Below are positions 54,433-64,000 of a DNA stretch of 64,000 nt, piece after piece (positions within the stretch are counted from its first letter, which is position 1; every line of letters starts with the position of its first letter). The position numbers and the translations under genes were made by a program. The notes beneath the pieces were generated by a model that searched no databases, was not told the DNA's origin, and was given only the letters and a program-made list of their open reading frames with translations. The stretch lies in the NCBI GenBank assembly GCA_964016885.1, contig OZ024744.1, positions 62,000,001 through 62,064,000 on the forward strand, written 5' to 3'. The DNA is from Eledone cirrhosa (lineage: Eukaryota).

Positions 54433-55300
54433 TAATATATATTTTAGAAATTAATATATAATTTAATTTAAATGTAGTTAACCTATAAATTTAATTTAAT
54501 TAAAATTCTACTACAGATGAGATTAAAAAATATTGTGTAATCATAAATTGTGAAGAACTTTTAAATATTATTAACATAATTAATATATACTTTGTAAATT
54601 AATTTATAGATTAATTTTAGTTTATTTAACCTTTTATTAAAATTCCTTTACAGATGAAATATAACAAAATATCGTGTAATCAATAACAGAGAAATATTTT
54701 TTAATATTATAAACCTAATTAATGTACAATTTAGAAATTTATTTATAAATTAATTTTAATTTAGTTAACCTATAATTTTAATTTAATTAGCTTAAAATTA
54801 AAATTCTAATACAGATGGATTGCAGAATATCATGTAATCATAAACTGAGATAAATTTTTAAATATATACCTAATTAATATATTCTTTACAATTAAATATA
54901 TATATATATATATATTAATTTTAATTTTTGTTAACCTATAATTATATTCTACTATAGATAAAATACAAAATCTGCTTTAATTATTATAAACCTAATTAAC
55001 ATACACTATAGAAATTAATATATAATTTTTAATTTAGTTAACCTATAATTTATATTCTACTACCGATGAAATACTTGATTTGGTTTTCCCTATTACTAAA
55101 TTCATTTCCTATTAATGATACCATAATGTTAATATTTTTAATTTAGTTATGCTATAATTAATACTCTACTACTGTTTAACTTCAAAATTCCGCTTCAAAT
55201 ATTATAAACCTAAGTAGTATACACCTTAGAAATCAATATATTAACTATTTTTAATTTAGTTAACCTATAATTAATAGTCTACTTATATTAAAATGCATAA
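54381..55300 (+). repeat. Degenerate ~140-160-bp tandem repeat derived from the Penelope ORF end
   Basis: at(c/t)(g/a)tgtaatca at 54381, 54532, 54671, 54829; recurring tattataaacctaattaa, tagttaacctataa and ttctactacagatg. Confidence 0.75.
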
Positions 55301-55958
55301 TTTTGCCTTCTTTCTTACATTTCCTAATACTGAAACTACTATGTAAACACATATTATGATCTAAATGCAGATTAATACTCTATGTTCCTTGAAACCTATA
55401 TTTACTATTTCCCACTAATAATTTTAATCCCCCCCCCCTATAATTATTTGTATTTGTAAGCGTGGATGTATGTATGTGTATGTAAGTAGGTATGTATGTT
55501 TGGGTGTTTGTATGCGAGTATAAAAATACATATGTGCGCATGTAAATAAGTGTGTATGATTGTCATCATCATCATCATCATCATCATCAACGTTTAACGT
55601 CCGTGTTCCACGCTTGCATGGGTTTGGACGGGGGTAGTCCCACTTGAGGCAAGAGTGATTGTCTTGCTCGCATAGGACTGTCTGGCAGGTTTTCTACAGT
55701 TGGATGCCCTTCCTAACACCAACCACATTTACAGTGTGGGTCTGGGAGGTTTTTACCGTGTTGCCTACACGGCCACATTACAGCGTGGACTGTGTGTTTT
55801 TTTGTCGTGACACCTACACGATCTCATTTGTTTCGGCCTGGATGGCGCGGCACCAACATAACTTTACATAGAACGGGGTGGTGTGGATGGGGTGGGGGTG
55901 GTGGCGGGACGGGGTGTATTTTGTTAGAGATGCCTACTGGCAAGGCGGGTCTTCTCTG

Positions 55959-56013
<55 letters not shown>

Positions 56014-57573
56014 ATGTATGTATATGTATGTATATGTATGTATATGTATGTATGTATATGTATGTATATGTATGTATGTATATGTATGTATATATATGTA
56101 TGTATATGTATGTATATATATGTATATATATGTGTGTATATGTATGTCTATATATATATATGTGTGTATGTATATATGTATGTGTGCGTGTGTATATGTA
56201 TATATATTTGTAGAGATGTGTGTATGTATATATATATGTGTGCATAATTGTCTGACTGTGTGTATTTATTTATTTATTTCTTTATATATATATATATATA
56301 TGTGTATATGTGTATATATATATATATGTGTATGTATAAGTGTGTGTATATATATTTGTGTATGTATATATCTATATATATATATATATATGTATATGTG
56401 TGTATGTATATCTCTTTATTTATGTATGTCTGAGTTGTGTGAGCGTGTGGTTGTATGTGTATATACATACATGGATATGTGTGTGTGTGTGTATATATAC
56501 GTATATGTATGTGTGTGTGTGTATATATATATATGTGTGTGTATGTATATATATATATATATGTGTGTATATATGTGTGTGTGTATGTATATATGTATAT
56601 GTATGTATGTGTGTGTATGTACATATATGTGTATATATATATGTGTGTTGTGAATATATGTATATATATATATGTGTGTATGTATGTGTCTATGTTTTTA
56701 TATATGTATATGTATGTCTCTATATATATATGTATGTATGTATGTATATATATATATATGTATGTATGTATGTATGTATATATATGTATGTATGTATGTA
56801 TATATATATGTATGTATGTATATATATATGTATGTATGTATATATGTATGTATGTATGTATATATATATATATATATGTATATCGGTGTGTATTTTATGT
56901 ATGAGTAGATATTTTACTTGTTTATTTATTTATTTATTTTTTTTTTATATATTTATTTTTATTTCTAAATTTATAGATACATTTTATAAATAGGCAGTTC
57001 TCTGACACCCTTAGTAATTACTGACTCCCTTTACCTACTTCTGCATCTGGATGTAAAAATATATGTGGCAGTGTTTATGTGTGCGCCTTAATATCCATAT
57101 AGTTATAATAATAATTGTTTCTATTTTAGGCACAAGGCCAGCAATTACCCAGTACATTACTGGTACTTTATTTTATCGACAATAATAATATATACATATG
57201 TATGTGTGTGTGTGTGTGTATGTTCGTGGGTATGTGTATGTTTATGTGTATATGCGCGTGTGTGTGTGAATGTATGTATATGTGTGTATATATGAATGTG
57301 TATATATGTTTATATACGTATGTGTATTTTATCTGTAGATTATAAACATACAGAGACATTAGCCCTGAAGTTTTGTATTTACATACATTTTTCGGCATGC
57401 GTATGCATGTGAACATATATTTTTATGCATATCTGTGAACGAAGTTACTTACATATATACACACACCTAACTGTATTTTCTTGATATATTTTTGCGTATT
57501 TCATTGGTCAATTTGAACTCTGTTCCCAAACAGACCTGTAATTTTGAATTGTTGTTATTATCAATAAATATAT

Positions 57574-57726
57574 TTCATTATTTCTGAAGACGGCATATAT
57601 ATGTGTTGGTATGTATATTATATTTGATAGTTTGTATAATTTTGTATAATTTTGTACATAGATCTGTTGAATATGCATGCCAATTCTAACACATATATGT
57701 CCTAGAAACGATCGTTAAATAATGAA
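57574..57726 (+). ncRNA. Hammerhead ribozyme with 114-nt stem II in the pLTR of Penelope-like element 2
   Basis: ttcattattt CTGAAGA c...a GAAA cgatcg TT aaataatgaa; perfect 10-bp stem I. Confidence 0.75.
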
Positions 57727-57783
57727 CTTTTTTTGTTTAATATAAGGAACTGTTTCATTGTTTTATTCATTATTTTTTTTAAT

Positions 57784-57828
<45 letters not shown>

Positions 57829-59490
57829 ATATATATATATATATATATACAAATATAAATTAGCGAGAATCGTTTTCAGCTCAGGAATTAACGAAAATCA
57901 ACGTCCGATATGTGTGGCAAGCGCTCGATGAATCATATGAATCAGAGCTACAACATACGTTAAGGGCCAAACACACTGAGATGATGGTTAAACATATCAT
58001 CCGCACAGCCAAAATCAAAACGACCAAGTAATTCGGGTCAAACAATAAAAATATATGTGTTGATACTTTCCCGGACCCTGGACTGATGGTAAAATCCAGT
58101 ATTGGTTTCTGCGACTCCAAATCAGGTACTGTCCGCCTACATAAAGAATGTTGGGCTTCTGGTGAGATGATGAACAAGGCAGTCGTGTTTTCAACGGGTT
58201 TTGCTCGAATATGCTATAGATAGTGTAGCTATTACTGACCCCTCGTGGGATTCAGCAAGGGAGGTAACACCTCTATTAAGCGAATGATTCAGTTGTGTAT
58301 TATTGCGAGAATGCAAAATATCACAAATCGAATTAAAGCTCTCGACAGAATGGTTAAATATAACAGAGCCATTCAACAGTCAATATAAGTAACTGAAAAA
58401 AATCAATATATATATATATATATATAGATATATATAGATATATATAGATATATATATATATATATATATATATCTATATATATATCTATATATATATCTA
58501 TATATATATCTATATATATATCTATATATATATCTATATATATATATCTATATATATATATCTATATATATCTATATATATCTATATATATCTATATATA
58601 TATAGCTATATATATATCTATATATCTATATCTATATATATATCTATATATATATCTATATATATCTATATATATCTATATATATATCTATATATATATC
58701 TATATATATCTATATATATATCTATATCTACATAGATCTATATATATCTATATATATATCTATATCTACATAGATCTATATATATATCTATATATATATC
58801 TATATCTACATAGATCTATATATATATCTATATATATATCTATATCTACATAGATATATATATATCTATATATATATCTATATCTACATAGATATATATA
58901 TATCTATATATATATCTATATCTACATAGATATATATATATCTATATATATATCTATATCTACATAGATATATATATATTTATATATATATCTATATCTA
59001 CATAGATATATATCTATCTATATATATCTATATAGATATATATATCTATCTATCTATAGATATATATATATATCTATCTATAGATATATATATCTATCTA
59101 TATAGATATATATATTTATATATATATAGATATATATATATAGATATATATATCTATATAGATATATATATATATATATAGATATATATATCTATATAGA
59201 TATATATATCTATATAGATATATCTATATAGATATATATATATCTATATAGATATATATATAGATATATATATAGCTATATAGATATATCTATATATATA
59301 TAGATATATATAGCTATATAGATATATCTATATAGCTATATATATATAGATATATATATATGTATATATATATATATAGATATATATATAGATATATATA
59401 TAGATATATATATATATATATAGATATATAGATATATATGAAAGACGTAAATAAGAAAGTTATGAAAATTGACTTACTTACTAAAATTTC

Positions 59491-59569
59491 ACTCCAACTA
59501 ATTAGTTTCTGTAAAGGGATAAATACAGTTATGTAATACCTGCAGAGAAGCCTTACGTCATCAGGGAGT
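59491..59569 (-). ncRNA. Hammerhead ribozyme, family B copy 1
   Basis: Minus strand: actcc CTGATGA c gtaagg...ctttac a GAAA ctaattag TT ggagt. Confidence 0.8.
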
Positions 59570-60020
59570 CTATCCTCAGCTAAGCCACCAGGCAATGCGG
59601 GGACACTGGAAGCTTATATAACAATAATTCAGTGGATGGAAAAAAGCGAAAAAATCGAGCGGGGCTAGATTCTAAGCACTGAAAAATTCGCTGCCTCTTT
59701 GGTCGAGTGGCAAATTCAAAAGAATTAATCACGTGACACTGAGGTTAACCAGCTTGGAGTGGGGGTGCTATTAAGACAGAGCCTAGCCACTACTATCAGT
59801 CACAGTAGTAATTTGGCAAATTTTGCTCAACAAATAATTTGGAGAAGAATATAAAGAATTAATATATCTACCGACATATGTATACAGATGCATACCTACG
59901 CTAGCAGATATATATGTTTTGTCTTAGTAACTTTGTAGTTCTATGCAGGGGAATGCAGAACAATTATATGAAAGACGTAAATAAGAAAGTTATGAAAATT
60001 GACTTACTTACTAAAATTTC

Positions 60021-60099
60021 ACTCCAACTAATTAGTTTCTGTAAGGGGATAAATACAGTTATGTAATACCTGTAGAGAAGCCTTACGTCATCAGGGAGT
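60021..60099 (-). ncRNA. Hammerhead ribozyme, family B copy 2
   Basis: As copy 1 with perfect stem II gtaagg/ccttac. Confidence 0.82.
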
Positions 60100-60344
60100 C
60101 TATCCTCAGCTAAGCCACCAGGCTTTACGATGGACACATGTGCTGAGCTCGCTCGGTAAGTTTCGTTTAAATTTATCCGGAAATTGTGTACTGTAAACTT
60201 TCATTTTTGTACCATTTTGTAGAGGGACTGCCAGGTCAAATTTTGATCTGGTCGGTCTCTCAAAATATTCTGCGCCTTTGGGCAAAATAGTGTTGTAAAC
60301 ATTTTATCTTTCGAAAAATTTCGAAAAACCCTATTTTGAGAAAA

Positions 60345-61335
60345 ATGGCTGAAGCATCTTCACCAACAATCAAAGAAGGAAAGGGGAAGTCATACTCACA
60401 GCTTCCCCCTGCCACTGTCACAGCAGCAGAGGTCAGCCAGAGGAAGAATTGTCTTCACCTGTTGACCGACCACTAGATGTAGCCACAACTATACAAGAAA
60501 CTGAAAACAACAACAACAACAACGACAACAACAGCAACAATAAAGACAACAACAACAACACAAACGTCACAAGTATCCACACACCAAACGAGAAAGACAA
60601 CAACAAAGATGAAAACAACTCAAACGACGAGAAACAAAACAATACAAACACCAACAACGAAAACAAAATATCTTTTGCACAAACGGCTAAATTATCAGTC
60701 ACGTATGTGCTTGAAGATATTTCAAAAGCAAAAGAAATGCTGGAAAAAGCCAAGAAATATGTATCTTTTGGCGAAAACGGTTCGTTTTCTATAAATTCAC
60801 CTCCAGAACTAAAAAAACAGACGGAATTACGAACTGTCGTATTCCGTACAATTTTAAATAAAACAAAAAAACCAGCACAACCATCTCAAGCTGAAATTCA
60901 GTTAGTACTGAAAGAAGCAATGAGAGACATCACTTTCATACAAAAGGTTAAACTCTATGGGAGTTTATCCATATTGATGAAAGACGAATTGGCGGCGAAA
61001 AAATACTGTGTGTCGCCCATTCGTTCCACACACTACACCTTCTTCCCCACCTACATGGGTAAAAAAACCCAGAGAATATGGATAACCACCATCACCCCAA
61101 ACATAAACTACTGGTGGTTACTAACCGGTTTCCTCAATTTAGACGAGGACAACCTCATTTCAATAGGTAAGGCATCCGGCGACGCGTTCAGTGGAACGAG
61201 CATCGAAGTTCTGACCCAAATAAGGCCAGAACGTATCGCCCAAATCCCTGAGCGCGTCATGCTGGATGACCGTACCCACCTCAACATTATTGTGGAGGGT
61301 AGGCGTCCCTCCTGTTACCTCTGTAGGCATCTCTA
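60345..61335 (+). pseudogene. Probable L1/Tx1-like ORF1 (Asn-rich N-terminus; zinc knuckle cut off by an RTE-B 3' fragment); frameshift near 60430
   Basis: ATG at 60345 (MAEASS...KSYSQ); main frame 60449 onward ends in IIVEGRRPSCYLC, the typical lead-in to a CCHC knuckle. Confidence 0.6.
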
Positions 61336-62543
61336 TCAACCCCCCCCCCCATTCACACCGCCCCCTTTCAATGTAAAGTTATGTTGGTGCCACAACATCC
61401 AGGCTGAAACAAATGAGATTGTGTAGGTGTCACGACAAAAAACACACAGTCCACGCTGTAAATGTGGCCGTGTAGGCAACACGGTAAAAACCTCCCAGCC
61501 CCACACTGTAAATGTGGTTGGTGTTAGGAAGGGCATCCAACTGTAGAAAACCCGCCAGACAGTCCTATGCGAGCAAGACAACCACTCTTGCCTCAAGTGG
61601 GAAAACCCCTGTCCAAACCCATGCAAGCGTGGAACACGGACGTTAAACGTTGATGATGATGATATATATCTATATATATATATATATATATATATATAAG
61701 ACAGGGGGGAAGAAAAAATGGCTTCACTTGTGCTTTCAACAAATTTATTTTCTTCACAAAATCCCAAAAGAATTTTTCTTAAAAAAAATTTATTTTATAA
61801 ATTAAGTTGTTGGTTGTTTGTTAGGTCTTAGGAGTTCTTGGTTAACGTAGGAGGTATTGTTTCGTTTTTAGAAAGACCTTTCACGCTGAGGTGCGCTTGT
61901 CAAACTGATGTGTATGTGGTGTGTTGTTCTATATATAGGGATTTAACATGTCTGTGGTGTGGTGGGGGTTTCTTTTCTCCCCCTTTAATAAGTGCATGGG
62001 TGTAGGTGTGTTGAAAAAGTGTTCATAGCAGTAATGAGTTGAGACGGTGAGTAGGGTTGGGTGGGGAGAAATGTAGCAAGTGCGGCCTGCCCCGGTCATT
62101 CTCGAAAAATTCCTTTATTCAGGGGAAAAAGCTTTTAGCATTGCTTTTGTGTTGAGAATGGTCACAGGCAAATCGCACCTGTCAAGTTTGTGAATAATTA
62201 TTTTTTTCTTTTTTTCCTGAAGAATTTTTCTACGTCCATCCCAAAGTTAGTCCTTTGTTCAACACACACATATGTGTGCATATACGTACATACACACACG
62301 GTCATATGTAGGAATATATAGGCACACACCATAAATCACACACCCATGTACAAATACATACACAAAAACATATAGACGCATATAAAAACACACATACACA
62401 TACGTACACACACGAATATGTACTCATACCTCCACATGGGTATATATATATATACACACACATATATACACATATACATACATACATATACATATATATA
62501 TATATATATATACATACACATACACACACACATATACACACAC

Positions 62544-62592
<49 letters not shown>

Positions 62593-62612
62593 TACATACA
62601 TACATACATACA

Positions 62613-62644
<32 letters not shown>

Positions 62645-62743
62645 CACACATAAAGATACATAACTAAATATACATATATACACATACACGCAGACATACA
62701 CACACACACTCACACACGCACGTGTATACACACACACACGCAG

Positions 62744-62799
<56 letters not shown>

Positions 62800-63469
62800 G
62801 TGTATACACACACACATATACATATGTCCGTATATATACCCCTCCGTTCACACATACATGCATACATACACATACACACATACATCTATATATATATACA
62901 CATATAAAGAGAGAGGCATACGCACACACACACATACACACATATACACATACATATACACATACATATCCATATACACATATATACACATACATATACA
63001 CATATATACATATATATGTATATATATACACATACATACACATACAAGTACATACATACACACATACATACATACACATATAAGTACATACATACATACA
63101 TATATATATATATACACATATATACATACATACATATATACATATATATACACATACATACACACATACATATATATATATGTGCGTATACACGAGCACA
63201 TAAAGACACATATACACATACACATGCATATACATATATATACATATATATACACATACATCTACATACATACATACATATACATAAACAGAAACATACA
63301 CATATGTACACACATATATGCACATACATACACACACACACACATATATATATAGGTACATACACATACATACATACACACACACATAAACATACATATC
63401 TATCCATATATATATATATACACACACACATATATACAAACATACACATACATACATGTACATATACAC

Positions 63470-63512
<43 letters not shown>

Positions 63513-63761
63513 CATATATATATACATATATATATACATATATATATACACACACATACAAACATACACACATCCATACATATATGTATATATATACACA
63601 CACCCACATACATATATACCCACACGTACATACATCCATACATCCCTACATACATATATGTGTGTGTCTCACCGTTCATTCAGATATTCATGTGTATACA
63701 TAAGAAGAGGGTGGGGGTGGGGTGGGGGTAGTGAAATGGAATTTTACCTCCGAGTGTTAAT

Positions 63762-63998
63762 TCATTTTTTCGTGTTCAGTAGTGGTTTAAATTTTTCAAT
63801 GAAGAATTCTTCTTTATATCTGCGGAAATGTTCGTTATCCGACCATATCTTGAAGAAAGGGAAGATTGTGAATTTTCCCTTCCCGCATGATGCAAAGTGT
63901 GCGCTACATGTGGTATTTCTGACTGTGGGGTCTTTAATCTGTTGTTTATGTACCCGGACTCTATCATGTAATCCCGTTCCAGTTTCCCCAATGTAATA
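63762..63998 (-). CDS. GIY-YIG endonuclease C-terminus of a third Penelope-like element (continues beyond the window)
   Basis: Frame not in ORF track: YYIGETGTGLHDRVRVHKQQIKDP...CSAHFASC...FTIFPFFK...RRYKEEFFIEKFKPLLNTKK*. Confidence 0.85.
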   Translation of the reverse strand, partial: YYIGETGTGLHDRVRVHKQQIKDPTVRNTTCSAHFASCGKGKFTIFPFFKIWSDNEHFRRYKEEFFIEKFKPLLNTKK

Positions 63999-64000
63999 CT

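Larger units (their letters stand above)
52545..57790 (+). mobile_element. Penelope-like element 2 (Naiad-type) with inverted 5' pLTR copy, long 3' region and nested insertions
   Basis: 52675-52851 is the reverse complement of 57603-57790; an RT/GIY-YIG ORF lies between them. Confidence 0.8.
59435..60123 (-). repeat. Hammerhead-containing 530-bp unit with 159-bp direct repeats (retrozyme/pLTR-like family B)
   Basis: 59435-59593 is repeated at 59965-60123 with two substitutions seen. Confidence 0.88.
23494..63665. repeat. Field of compound (TA)n/(TATG)n/(TATC)n/(CA)n microsatellite tracts separating every mobile-element island
   Basis: Major tracts at ~23494-25189, 25537-25984, 26205-26806, 31136-31907, 33740-34432, 37335-38418, 46150-46489, 47732-48110, 49770-50518, 55962-56882, 58407-59440, 62270-63665. 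Confidence 0.95.

Noticed and set aside
58095-58198. Minus-strand TTGAAAA...GAAA hammerhead-like arrangement
   Set aside because: No U16.1 opposite A15.1 and no stem I; fails the core requirements
23494-63996. Dozens of long Y/I/M/C/V/H/T-rich ORFs
   Set aside because: Translations of (TA)n/(TG)n/(CA)n microsatellites, which lack stop codons; not genes

Overview
AT-rich animal genomic DNA. The (TA)n/(TG)n load and the SINE/RTE types suggest a cephalopod such as Octopus (inference). Bases 1-23 kb look intronic: one clear 499-nt minus-strand coding exon (7545-8043), an uninterrupted RTE LINE ORF (APE-RT with a PHD-like finger), SINEs, MITEs and LINE relics. After a 200-N gap, 23.5-64 kb is a (TA)n-type microsatellite field holding nested retroelements: RTE (three families), CR1/L2-group, L1/Tx1-like pieces, three Penelope-like elements (two with Naiad-type motifs) and young tRNA-SINEs. 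The main discovery is not visible in the ORF track. Reading by eye finds nine complete or near-complete type I hammerhead ribozyme motifs from five apparently unrelated families between 39.9 and 60.1 kb. Each family has a palindromic stem III (one decayed copy has lost it). Core variants recur: a U3-A8 swap, a 10.1/11.1 mismatch, and a very long stem II. Two families are ORF-less tandem repeats of ~470 and 530 bp, and the first also has a circularly permuted dispersed copy. They look like retrozyme-type (circular-RNA) parasites of the neighbouring Penelope elements. Folding and alignments were done by eye; activity is untested.
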